Positions 52,078-61,950 of a DNA stretch of 64,000 nt are shown one piece after another. The DNA is from an uncultured bacterium (GTDB lineage: Bacteria > Verrucomicrobiota > Verrucomicrobiia > Limisphaerales > UBA8199): contig CAVVMW010000001.1 in the NCBI GenBank assembly GCA_963749495.1, forward strand, positions 576,001 through 640,000, given 5' to 3'. Both the position numbers and the translations under genes were made by a program. Position 1 is the stretch's first letter. The number at the start of each line of letters is the position of its first letter. Below the pieces are notes generated by a model. The model did not search any database. It saw only the letters and a list, made by a program, of their open reading frames with translations, and was not told the origin of the DNA.

Positions 52078-54136
52078 TCATTTTTTCCAGGCGGGTTCAA
52101 GCTCGAGATAGGCCGTGTGAATGCCGCGCAGGACTTTCATGACAACGGACGGCTTCTTGTCTTGCGCGATCTTTCCCATGACCGTCTTGAGCGATTCGAC
52201 ATTGCTGACCGGTTGGCCGTCCACTTCAACGATCAAATCGTCCACCGCCAGCGAGCCCAGAGCGGCCCAGCTTCCGGACTTAACGTCCTCGACCAGGGCG
52301 CCGCGCTGGTCCGCGGGCCATTGCTCCTCGGCAACGTCGAAGAAGGCGATGTCGCGGGAGGTGAACTCGAAATCGTCGTTGCGGTATTTTTTCATCTCGC
52401 GCTTGAGCTTGGGGGAACGGGCCAGTTCGACGGGGACCTTGAGCTCGGCCTTATCGCGCAGGACGGTAAGCTGCACCTGGGCGCCGGTGTCGTATTGCCG
52501 GATGAGCGCGGCCAATTCCTCTTCGTGTTCGGGGCCGGAGGCGGTGAGCTTCTCGCCGTCGAGGGCGGTGATGAAGTCGCCCGGTTTGAGCCCGGCCTTT
52601 TGCGCGGTGGTGCCGGGATAGACCTGGGTGACGTAGAAGCCCTTGAGGTCGGGTTTGCCCAACTGCCGGGCGATGTCGCGGCTGATGACATGGGTCTCGA
52701 CCGGCAGCCAGGCCTTGGTGACCTCGAGGCCCGGGTCGCGCAACTCCTGGATGCCGACCTTGACGACCGTGAAATAGCGGCGCGATTCGCGCTCGAAGGT
52801 GGCAATGACGGGCGTGGGCTCGGTCTTGGCTTGCGTGAGCCGGCGGGTCGCCTCGAGCAGGCCGGCCAGGTCCTTTACCGGGGCGCCATCGACCTCGATG
52901 AGCACGTCTTTGGCCTCCAGGGCCGGTTTGGCCTCGCCGGTCGGTCCCCCGGGCCGGACGGACGTGACCAGGACGCCGTCCTGGCTGGAGCGTTTCATCT
53001 CTTTGGCAACCAGGAAGGAGAGATCGCGCCCGGTCAAGCCCCATTGTTTGAGTTCCTGTTCCTTGGGGTAAAGCTCGGCGCGTTCGACCGGCACCAGGGT
53101 GAAGCTGCGCTCCTTGCCGTCGCGGAGGATCAGGGCGGTGACTTCCTTGCCGATCGGCAGGCTGGTGGCCAGGCGCATGAAATCGGGCATCTCCTCATCG
53201 TAGCGGACATTGGTGGGCGTATCGCCCAGGCGCAGGAGCAGGTCGCCGGGCTGGAGCCCGGTCTTGGCGGCGGGCGAATCGCCGACAATGCCGGCCACCG
53301 AACACGCCGCGGCCGGCCGTGCCGTGTTTGAAACGAGGTTGCGCGTCCAGGCCCAGCCAGCTCCGCCGCACCTTGCCGCGGGCCATGATCTCTTCGGCGA
53401 CGCTGCGGGCGAGGTTGCCGGGAATGGCGCCGCTCAGGCCCAGCGAAATCTCGTTGATGCCGACGATCTCGCCCCGCAGGTTCACCAGCGGGCCGCCGGA
53501 GTTGCCTGGGTAAATCGCCGCATCATGGGCTATCCAGCGGATCAGGGCCCCGACATCCTCGCCGTCGAGTTGAAAACGCCCCATCCCCCCCAGCATCCGC
53601 GGCATGATCATCTCGACGTTGCTGATGATGCCCAGCGTCACCGATTGCGACAGGGCCATCGGGCTGCCCATCGCCAGGACCGAATCGCCGACGCTCATCT
53701 TCGATGAATCCCCGAAGGCCGCCGCCACGAATTGGCGCGGTTCCTCGGGCTTGAGCTTGAGGACTGAGATGTCTGTCAGCGGGTCCGTGCCGATGAGTTG
53801 GGCCTCGACCTCCTCGCGGTTCCACAGCGTGCAGACTATCCGCGCGGCATGGCCCGCCACATGGTGGTTGGTGATCAGGAAGCCGTCTTTGGAGATGATC
53901 GCCCCGCTGCCGACCGCCTGGAACTTGAGCTCGCGGCCCTCCCGGTACTCGGTCGAGACCACATGGATGCGCACCAGGGCCGGGCGCACCCGGCTGATGG
54001 CCGCCTCGAGCGCCGGCCGCGCGTCTCCGGCAACGTCCTCTGTCCCAAGGCATGTCCAACTCCCGGTCAGCAGAAGGTTGGCGGCCACAACCAGACCCAA
54101 GCCAGAGACACATCTCACCCACGTGCTATTGCACAT
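52078..54136 (-). CDS. HtrA/DegP-like serine protease with several PDZ domains (frameshift near 53300)
   Basis: GSGAII..ITNHHV, DPLTDISVLK, DAAIYPGNSGGPL; PDZ segments SPAAKTGLQPGD, AQKAGLKPGD. Confidence 0.92.
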
Positions 54137-54419
54137 GCGATTTGTTTAATTCAATTCAGGAGATTATCAAGCCGAGATTTGCCCGGCCCCATGGGCAGAA
54201 CCATTTGAGTTCACGGCGGAAAAGGCAGAATCATTACTGGCAAAATCATTTTTAGAAGAGTGTTTCTTATGATTGTGCCAACATTGGTCCTGCTTGCCCC
54301 CGCGCCGGCCGACAGAGTTGGATTGACTTCCGGGTGGCGGAGGCACACGATGGCCTCGATGAAGAGTCGGGCACCTGGTTGGAATCAGCCAGCGGCGGCG
54401 CCCCCATTGGCGCGCCACC

Positions 54420-54480
54420 GACTGTGGACTCTGGACTGTGGACTGTGGACTCTGGACTGTGGACTCTGGACTCTGGACTG
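54420..54480 (+). repeat. Heptamer array (GACT(G/C)TG) about 8.5 units
   Basis: Same unit family as 24487-24840; ends 4 nt before the PTS IIA start. Confidence 0.92.
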
Positions 54481-54484
54481 AGCT

Positions 54485-55219
54485 ATGCCGCACAGGACTC
54501 TTGAGATCAAGGAAGTGGCGCACTACCTGCACCTGGGCGCCCCGGACGTGGAACGGTTGGTCAAGGACCAGGACATCCCTTTCGAGAGGCACGGAGACCG
54601 GGTGGTGTTTCGGAAGGTGGAGATAGATGCCTGGGCCGAGCAACGCATCCTGGGCCTGGAGGGGCGGCGGTTGGCCGAGTATCACCAGAAGGCCTCACGG
54701 GACACGCGGCCGTTCCGCGCGCGCGAGGCGATGATGGCGGAATTGATAGCCGAGCAGTTCATCGAGCCGGCGCTGCCCGCCAAGACGAAGGCCTCGCTGC
54801 TGCGCCACATGGCGGCGTTGGCGGAAAAGACGGGCCGAGTCTGGGACCCGCCTGGGTTGCTGTCGAGCCTGGAGGCGCGGGAGGCGCTCTGCTCGACGGG
54901 TCTGCCCGGCGGCTTGGCGCTGCTGCACGCCCGTTTCCCGGACACTTACATGTTCGAGTCCCCTTTCATCGTCCTGGGCCGGACGGTGCAGCAGATCCCC
55001 TTTGGCGCGCCGGATGGGGGAGCGACCGATTTGTTCTTCCTGCTCTGCTGCCCGGACGACCGGCTGCACCTGCACACTCTGGCGCGGTTGTGCCTGATGG
55101 CGCAGAAAACCGACCTTCTGGCCCAATTGCGCCAGGCAGCCGATGCCGCCGCGATGTGCCAATGCATCCTCGCAGCCGAGGAGACCGTCCTGGGCGGCGC
55201 AACCGTAGCCAGGGCCTAG
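54485..55219 (+). CDS. HTH (excisionase-like) plus PTS EIIA (PtsN-like) protein
   Basis: KEVAHYLHL..IPF..VVFRKVEIDAW; REALCSTGLPGGLALLHAR, FGAPDG..LFFLL, HLHTLARL. Confidence 0.88.
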   Translation: MPHRTLEIKEVAHYLHLGAPDVERLVKDQDIPFERHGDRVVFRKVEIDAWAEQRILGLEGRRLAEYHQKASRDTRPFRAREAMMAELIAEQFIEPALPAKTKASLLRHMAALAEKTGRVWDPPGLLSSLEAREALCSTGLPGGLALLHARFPDTYMFESPFIVLGRTVQQIPFGAPDGGATDLFFLLCCPDDRLHLHTLARLCLMAQKTDLLAQLRQAADAAAMCQCILAAEETVLGGATVARA

Positions 55220-55362
55220 CGCGCCGGACTTCGCGTGACTTTCGCGTCTGACCGGTCCGACCAGTCCGACCAATCCGACCGGTCCCACCGCTCCGACTCC
55301 GCTCAATCCTTGACCGGGGTCAAATCGTGCCATCGGATTTGGGCGATAATGAGGGTGTGAAA

Positions 55363-55695
55363 ATGGATCTCGGGGAGCCGAAGCTCGACCGGCGGTTGTG
55401 GCCCGAGTGGAAGACGATGTCCGTGATGGTCGAGTCCTATTGCCGGGGCCGCCACCATGCCGTCCACGGCCTTTGCCGGGAATGCCGGGAGCTGCTGGAT
55501 TACGCGGCGTTGCGGCTGGAACGCTGCCGGTTCGGAGCGGACAAACCGACGTGCGCCAAATGCCCCGTCCACTGCTACCAGCTCCAACGGCGGGAACAGA
55601 TGCGGGCGGTGATGCGCTATGCCGGTCCCCGCATGATCTGGCAGCACCCCGTCTTGAGCCTGCGCCACTGGGTGAGAGCGATTCAGGCTCAGTAG
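55363..55695 (+). CDS. YgbA-family (nitrous-oxide-stimulated promoter) protein
   Basis: E.KTM..M..YC..H..LCREC..L..YA..RL..C.FG..KPTC.KCP.HCY..MR.VMRYAGPRM. Confidence 0.9.
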   Translation: MDLGEPKLDRRLWPEWKTMSVMVESYCRGRHHAVHGLCRECRELLDYAALRLERCRFGADKPTCAKCPVHCYQLQRREQMRAVMRYAGPRMIWQHPVLSLRHWVRAIQAQ

Positions 55696-57512
55696 CTCAG
55701 CCCAAACCCGAACGGGAAGAGCGGAGCCTCGGCGCCGATCTTGGCCTCGGACGCGCGGGCAAGTTGGTCGTTGGTGCGCGGCCAGGAACGGGGCAGCTTC
55801 CCGCGCGGCTTGGCGTCGCCGAACAAGACGTCGCCCACGCCCTGGCCCTCGGTGCCGGGCAGCCAGGCCGCCACGAAGGCATCGCTCGCTTCGAGGGTCG
55901 CACCCAGCACGAGCGGGCGGCCGGAGAGCAGCACGGTGATAACGGGCGCGCCGGTCTCTTTGGCCTTGGCCACCAGGGCCGCGTCGGCGGCGGAGACCCG
56001 CAGGTCGGTGTGGTCGCCTTTCATCTCGGCGTAGGGCAACTCGCCGATCACCACCAGCACGGCATCGGCCTGGGCGCTGCCCAGGGTCGCGCCGTCCGGC
56101 GAAAAGCTCACGTCAGTCTCGGGGCCGACGCTTTGGCGTATGGCCTTGAGGAGCGTAGTCCCGCCGGGCAGGTTCTGGCCCGCCTGGCCCTGCCAGGAGA
56201 TGGTCCAGCCGCCGCATTGAATGCCCAGGTCGTCGGCGGCCTTGCCTGCCACCGCCAGGCGCTTGATCTTCTTGGAGAGCGGCAGGACGTGGCGGTCATT
56301 CTTGAGCAGGACCAGGGACTGGCGGACGCATTCCCGCGCCACCCGGCGGTGCTCGGCACAGCCCACCGATTCGACCAACTCCGGCGCGGCAAAGGGGTGA
56401 TCGAAGAGTCCCATTTCGTATTTCACGCGCAGGATGCGCACGGCGGCATCATTGATGCGGGCCTGGGACACCTTGCCTTCGGACGCCAACTCCTTGAGCA
56501 GCGTGATGAAGTCCGCGAAATTGTTCCTCTGTCCCGGGCCGTTCGGGATCATGGCCATATCCACGCCCGCGTTGACGGCGCGTTCGATGGCGGTCTTGTA
56601 ATCGGGCGCGAGTTGGTCGATCGCGGCCCAGTCGCTGACCAAGAAGCCCCGGAAGCCCAACTCGCCCTTCAGGACGCCGGTGAGCAGGTATTTGTTGCCG
56701 TGCATCTTCTGGCCGTTCCAACTGCTGTAGGAGACCATGATCGAGCCGGCGCCGGCCTTCACGGCCGCGGCATAGGGGGCCAGGTGTACCGCGCGCAAGG
56801 TGGCCTCGTCGCAGACGTCGTTGCCCTGGTCCACGCCGTTTTGTGTGCCGCCGTCGCCCAGGAAGTGCTTGGGGCAGGCGAGGACGGCGGCGCCGTTGGG
56901 CAGAGGTTGCTGGAAGCCCTTGACGGCCGCCGCGCCCAGGCGCGAAGCCAGGTCCGGCGTCTCGCCAAAGCTCTCATAGGTGCGGCCCCAGCGGATGTCC
57001 TGGGCAACAGCGACGCAGGGCCCAAAGGCCCAATGGATGCCGGTGCCGGCAATCTCCAGGGCGGTGACCTGCGCCGCCCGCCTGACCAGGCCGGGGTTGC
57101 GCGTGGCGCCCAGCCCGATGTTGTGCGGGAAAATCACGGCGCCGAGGACATTGTTGTGCCCGTGGACGGCGTCGATGCCGTAGAGCAGGGGAACCTTGAG
57201 CCGTGTCTTGAGCGCCCACTCCTGATATTCGCGGCACGCCCTGAGCCAGCCCTGCGCGGAGATGTCGGGCGGGTCGGAGTCTCCCCCGCTGAGCATCGAG
57301 CCCAGGCAATATTTCTGGATGTCGGCCTTGTCCTTGATGGCGTTCATGTCGGCCTGGACCATCTGGCCGATCTTCTCGTCGAGGGTCATCCGGGCGAGCA
57401 TGGCCTGGGCCTTGCTGGCGCAATCGCGGCTGCCGGCGGCTGCGGCGCCGGCGCCCGACAGGCCCACCGCGCAGAACACCATATAGCCAAGTAACTTAAG
57501 CTCGTTGTTCAT
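55689..57512 (-). CDS. Secreted GH3 beta-glucosidase/exo-glucanase
   Basis: MTLDEKIGQM, DAVHGHNN, WGRTYES, KHFLGDG, LVSDW nucleophile motif, AWLPG. Confidence 0.95.
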   Translation of the reverse strand: MNNELKLLGYMVFCAVGLSGAGAAAAGSRDCASKAQAMLARMTLDEKIGQMVQADMNAIKDKADIQKYCLGSMLSGGDSDPPDISAQGWLRACREYQEWALKTRLKVPLLYGIDAVHGHNNVLGAVIFPHNIGLGATRNPGLVRRAAQVTALEIAGTGIHWAFGPCVAVAQDIRWGRTYESFGETPDLASRLGAAAVKGFQQPLPNGAAVLACPKHFLGDGGTQNGVDQGNDVCDEATLRAVHLAPYAAAVKAGAGSIMVSYSSWNGQKMHGNKYLLTGVLKGELGFRGFLVSDWAAIDQLAPDYKTAIERAVNAGVDMAMIPNGPGQRNNFADFITLLKELASEGKVSQARINDAAVRILRVKYEMGLFDHPFAAPELVESVGCAEHRRVARECVRQSLVLLKNDRHVLPLSKKIKRLAVAGKAADDLGIQCGGWTISWQGQAGQNLPGGTTLLKAIRQSVGPETDVSFSPDGATLGSAQADAVLVVIGELPYAEMKGDHTDLRVSAADAALVAKAKETGAPVITVLLSGRPLVLGATLEASDAFVAAWLPGTEGQGVGDVLFGDAKPRGKLPRSWPRTNDQLARASEAKIGAEAPLFPFGFGLSY

Positions 57513-57566
57513 GGGCGCCATCTAATGCACGGGATGCGCAAGGTTGTCAACCAACAATGGAGCATG

Positions 57567-57829
57567 GGAGTGCGCCCGTCCTCGGGCGCAGCGACGTCCG
57601 CAGCCAGGGCAGCGCCTTACTGCACCGGACTTTGAGTGACTTTCAGGACCTTTGTCGCAGCCTTTGTCGAGACCTTTGTCGAAATCCGGCTCAGCTCGAC
57701 AAAGGCTCCGACAAAGGCTGCGACAAAGATGCCAAAGTCATCCAAAGTCGGGTGCAATAGGGCGGCGGTCAAATACTCCGGCGCGCCTGCCCGCTCCGTC
57801 GCTGCTGCGCCCGGGGACGGGCGCACTCC
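57567..57829. mobile_element. GGAGTGCGCCCGTCC palindromic element split by a 12-mer-hairpin MITE (57621-57756)
   Basis: Host halves match 8812-8921; insert has TIRs TGCACCGGACTTTG / CAAAGTCGGGTGCA. Confidence 0.85.
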
Positions 57830-57918
57830 GGGGGATACGCCCGCCGTGTGTCCGGCGCGGTTTTGGGCCTGGACACTCAACGCGGATTGCCGTACACCGT
57901 CAAAGAGACTTGGTCTCC

Positions 57919-59484
57919 ATGAGTGCTGAACCACAGGCCGCCGAGCGGCCAAGCGACACCAAACCGGCCGCCGTGCGCTGGCCGCCGCAGATCAGGTACA
58001 TCATCGGGAACGAGGCCTGCGAGCGTTTCAGCTACTATGGCATCCGTGGCATCCTGGCCCTCTACATCAGCGTCGTGTTGTTTCATGACCTGCCGAAGGG
58101 TGAGGCCAAGGACCGGGCCACCGAGATCATCCACCTGTGGGTCTTCGCAAATTACTTTTCGGCCCTGTTGGGCGGGTGGCTGAGCGACAAACTTTGGGGC
58201 CGATATCACACGATTTTCTACGTCTCGCTGGTGTATTGCCTGGGCAACCTGACCCTGGCGGCCAGCGTGGGCTCGGCCTGGGGACTCTACGCGGGGCTGG
58301 GGCTGATCGCCCTGGGCTCCGGCGGCATCAAGCCCTGCGTGTCGGCCTTCTGCGGCGACCAGTTCAAACCGGAACAGAGCGCTCTGCTGCAGAAGGCCTA
58401 CGGTTTGTTTTACTGGTCGATCAATTTCGGCTCGTTTTTCGCGTTCCTGGTCGTTCCGTGGCTCAAGGACAAGCTGGGCTATCGCCTGACCACCGGGGCA
58501 TGGCCGCCGAACACTTTCGAGATAACCGGCCTGAGCAGCCCTGCCGCGGTCTGGGGTTATCGCCTGGCCTTCGGAGTGCCCGGGGCGCTGATGCTCCTGG
58601 CCACGCTCATCTTCTGGCTCGGGCGCAAGCATTACATGCGTATCCCGCCTTCCAGCCAGACGAAATCCGCCGGGTTCATGAAGGTCACCTGGTTTGCGCT
58701 GACGAACTGGCGGCGTCAGCCAGGACAGAGCGCCTGGGTCATCGCCCGCCAACGGTTCACTGCGCGGGAGGTGGACGCAGCGCGATCTGTCGGTCCCATC
58801 CTCGCGGTCTTTGCGCCCATCACAATCTTCTGGGCGTTGTTCGACCAGACCTCATCGACCTGGGTAATGCAGGGGAACAAGATGCAATCGTATTTCGCGT
58901 TTGCGATGGGCCGGTTCGAAGGCTTCAAGATCGGCGCCGAGCAGATGCAGTCGATGAATCCCTTGCTGGTGATGATGCTGGTGCCGTTGACCCTTTGGCT
59001 GTATCCGCGCATCGAGAAGCTGTTGGGAATCCGGGTCTCACCGCTGCGGCGGATGGGCGCGGGCCTGGTGCTCGCCGCGCTCGCCTACGTCGTGGTGGGC
59101 CTGCTCCAGACCCGGGTGGACGCCGGGGCGCAGATGAGCGTGCTGTGGCAAACGCTTCCCTATTTCATGCTGACCACGGGCGAGGTGCTCCTCTCGACCA
59201 CGGGTTTGGAGTTTGCCTTCACCCAGGCGGCGGCGGAGATGAAGAGCACTATCATGAGCTTTTGGCTGGTGACCGTGGCCATCGGCAACCTCTACGTGCC
59301 GATCCTGACCAAGCTCAAAGGCGCCTTGATCCACACGGCCGCCGGCGGGGGCGAAAGCGCCTCCGTCAATGCCTCCACCTTCTATCTCTACGCCGGCCTG
59401 ACGTTCGCGGTGGCGATCCTTTTCACGCTCGTCGCTACCCGTTACAAGGAGCGCCAACTCGAATTGACCAGCCCGCAGGGCTGA
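57919..59484 (+). CDS. POT/PTR proton-dependent oligopeptide transporter
   Basis: NEACERFSYYG (ExxERFxYYG), GSGGIKP, FYWSINFGS, FWALFDQ. Confidence 0.95.
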   Translation: MSAEPQAAERPSDTKPAAVRWPPQIRYIIGNEACERFSYYGIRGILALYISVVLFHDLPKGEAKDRATEIIHLWVFANYFSALLGGWLSDKLWGRYHTIFYVSLVYCLGNLTLAASVGSAWGLYAGLGLIALGSGGIKPCVSAFCGDQFKPEQSALLQKAYGLFYWSINFGSFFAFLVVPWLKDKLGYRLTTGAWPPNTFEITGLSSPAAVWGYRLAFGVPGALMLLATLIFWLGRKHYMRIPPSSQTKSAGFMKVTWFALTNWRRQPGQSAWVIARQRFTAREVDAARSVGPILAVFAPITIFWALFDQTSSTWVMQGNKMQSYFAFAMGRFEGFKIGAEQMQSMNPLLVMMLVPLTLWLYPRIEKLLGIRVSPLRRMGAGLVLAALAYVVVGLLQTRVDAGAQMSVLWQTLPYFMLTTGEVLLSTTGLEFAFTQAAAEMKSTIMSFWLVTVAIGNLYVPILTKLKGALIHTAAGGGESASVNASTFYLYAGLTFAVAILFTLVATRYKERQLELTSPQG

Positions 59485-59788
59485 ATACTAAGCAGGCCTG
59501 CAGAAAAGATGTCACACTGGGAATTGACTTTCGCGAGAACGATCGGCCGTTCGCGCTCTGCCTCGCGGCCCAACGGGCCGCCGGAACTTAGCCCAGGGCT
59601 GAGGCCGTCAGGCCGATGCCCTGGGTTTTTCGCCACCAACCAGGACCGGCGCCCTGAAAGGGCGCGACAGCCCGTCTGGCGCCCTTTCAGGGCGCGCCCG
59701 GTCTTCCGGAGACCCATTCCCAGGGCATCGGCCTGGTGGCCTCAGCCCTGGGCTGGGCTCTTCCGGCCCTTTGGGCCGGGAATGGGAA

Positions 59789-61819
59789 ATGAGCACTGAA
59801 CTCCCAGGCCGGCCTGTGCCCTGGTGGCGCGCCCGCTACGGTTTTGCGGCGTTTTGTTTTGTGTCGCTGCTGGCCGGGTGGCTCTTGCTGCGCGTCGTGT
59901 TGGTGTGCGCGTTTGCGCCAACCGGTGTGACCCTCTCCCAGGTGCTGCGGGCGCTGGCCGCGGGGTTTCACCGGGACTTCTTCGCGGCCCTGGCCGAGAC
60001 GCTCCCGCTGCTGGCCTGGCTGGCGTTGGTGCCGGACCGCCGGTTCGGGGCGCGCGGGCACAAGCTCCTGCTCCTGGGCGGCAGTTTCATCTTCTGCTTC
60101 GTCCAGATCTTCCTCCTCTTTGTCGAGTTCTTCTTCTTCGAGGAGTTCAGGTCCCGTTTCAACACGGTTGCAGTGGACTACCTGCTTTACCCGCGAGAGG
60201 TCTTTATCAACATCTGGGAATCGTACCACCTGGGCCTGTTCCTGCTGACCTGCCTGGCGCTGACGCTGGGCTGGCTGTTTGCGGCGCGGCGGCTCTTTGG
60301 GCGGATGTGGGAGCGCCCATTCCCGGCCGGCATTCGCTGGCTGCACCTGGCCGGGGCGGCAGGGGTGGCGGCATACCTCGCCGGCCTTCCGGTTCTCTTG
60401 CTCAAATGGCTGCACCTGGCTGGGGCGGCTGCCGCGGCGGCCATACTGGTTCCGACGCTCGATTTCACGGGCGCCAGGGTGGGCGACGACCGCACGGTCA
60501 ACGAACTGGCCAATAACGGCGCCCTGTCGTTTTTCGCGGCGGCCTGGACGCACAACCTCGATTACAGCGCCTTCTACAAGACGATGCCGCTCGAGGAGGC
60601 CTACCGCCGCACCCGCCGGCTCCTGGCCGCTCCGGGGGCCGCGTTCCAGACCAACGGCCCCTCGATTGCGCGCAGCATGGCCGGCGACGCGGCCCGCCCG
60701 CGTTACAACGTGGTCATCCTGCTCGAGGAGAGCCTCGGCTCCGAGTTCTGGGGGTGCCTGGGCCGCCCCGACACGCTCACGCCCGAGATGGACAAACTGG
60801 CGGCCCAGGAGGGCCTGCTCTTCACCAACATCTATGCCTGCGGCAACCGGACGGTCCGCGGGATGGAAGGCGTCCTCTCCTCCTTCCCGCCCCTGCCGGG
60901 GGACTCGATTGTCAAACGCGACCGCTCGGACAACGTCGAGACCCTTGCCCGCGTGCTCAAGCGCGACGGCTACTCGACCCTCTTCCTCTACGGTGGACGC
61001 GGCCTCTTCGATGGCATGCGCTCGTATGCCCTGCGCAACGGCTACGACCGCTTCATCGAACAGAAGCACTTTGCCCATCCGACGTTCACGACGATCTGGG
61101 GCGTTTGCGACGAGGACATCTTCTCCCGGACGATCGAGGAATGCCGCGACCTGGCCAACGCCGGCAAACCGTTCTTCGCCACCGCCCTTTCGGTCTCCAA
61201 CCACAAGCCCTACAGCTACCCCAAGGGCAGAATCCCCGAGGACCCCGCCCGGCGCAGGCGCGAGCATGCCGTCAAGTATTCGGATTTCGCCCTGGGCCGG
61301 TTCTTCAACGACGCCCGCAAGGAGGCCTTTTGGACCAACACCCTCTTTGTGGTTGTGGCCGATCACGGGGCGCGGGTCTATGGGAAGCAGAGCATCCCGA
61401 TCCATTCCTACGAGATTCCCGTGCTCATGGCGGGCCCGGCCCTCATCAAGGGCCCGGACCGCATCGGACAACTGGGCTCCTCGCTCGACGTGTCTCCGAC
61501 CATCCTCGGCCTCATCGGCCGGCCCTATCAAACCCTGTTCTTCGGCCAGGACTTGCTCAAGACCCCTGCCCAGTCAGGCCGCGCCGTCCTGAATCACAAC
61601 CGCGACATTGGGTTGTTGGCGCGCGACCGGCTGGTGGTCCTGGGCCTGATGAAGACCGTTGAGTTCTATGCCGGCGATCCCAAGCGAGTTGACATGGACC
61701 CGCTGGCCCGGACGACCGATGCGGACCACGAACTGGAGCAGGACGCCATCGCCCTCTACCAAGTGGCGGACGACCTCTATGTACACGAGCGCTACCGGAT
61801 TGATGGGCAGGCGCAGTGA
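59789..61819 (+). CDS. LTA synthase family (sulfatase-like) membrane protein
   Basis: About 5 TMs then NVVILLEES, GNRTVRG (catalytic Thr), SNHKPY, VADHG. Confidence 0.9.
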   Translation: MSTELPGRPVPWWRARYGFAAFCFVSLLAGWLLLRVVLVCAFAPTGVTLSQVLRALAAGFHRDFFAALAETLPLLAWLALVPDRRFGARGHKLLLLGGSFIFCFVQIFLLFVEFFFFEEFRSRFNTVAVDYLLYPREVFINIWESYHLGLFLLTCLALTLGWLFAARRLFGRMWERPFPAGIRWLHLAGAAGVAAYLAGLPVLLLKWLHLAGAAAAAAILVPTLDFTGARVGDDRTVNELANNGALSFFAAAWTHNLDYSAFYKTMPLEEAYRRTRRLLAAPGAAFQTNGPSIARSMAGDAARPRYNVVILLEESLGSEFWGCLGRPDTLTPEMDKLAAQEGLLFTNIYACGNRTVRGMEGVLSSFPPLPGDSIVKRDRSDNVETLARVLKRDGYSTLFLYGGRGLFDGMRSYALRNGYDRFIEQKHFAHPTFTTIWGVCDEDIFSRTIEECRDLANAGKPFFATALSVSNHKPYSYPKGRIPEDPARRRREHAVKYSDFALGRFFNDARKEAFWTNTLFVVVADHGARVYGKQSIPIHSYEIPVLMAGPALIKGPDRIGQLGSSLDVSPTILGLIGRPYQTLFFGQDLLKTPAQSGRAVLNHNRDIGLLARDRLVVLGLMKTVEFYAGDPKRVDMDPLARTTDADHELEQDAIALYQVADDLYVHERYRIDGQAQ

Positions 61820-61950
61820 AGGGCCCGCGCTGGCGCGCAAGGGTCGGACCGGTCGGACGGGTCGGACCGGTCGGACGGGTGTGCGCCCTCCATGAGCCTC
61901 GCACACGCTCCGGCCTTGCGAAACAGGCGGCGGTTTGCTTTCATTCCATC

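Noticed and set aside
57652..57918. Long N-terminal extensions of the POT (and UbiA 43876-44127) ORFs
   Set aside because: They run through intergenic repeats and good ATGs exist at 57919 and 44128, so they were not counted as in-frame insertions.
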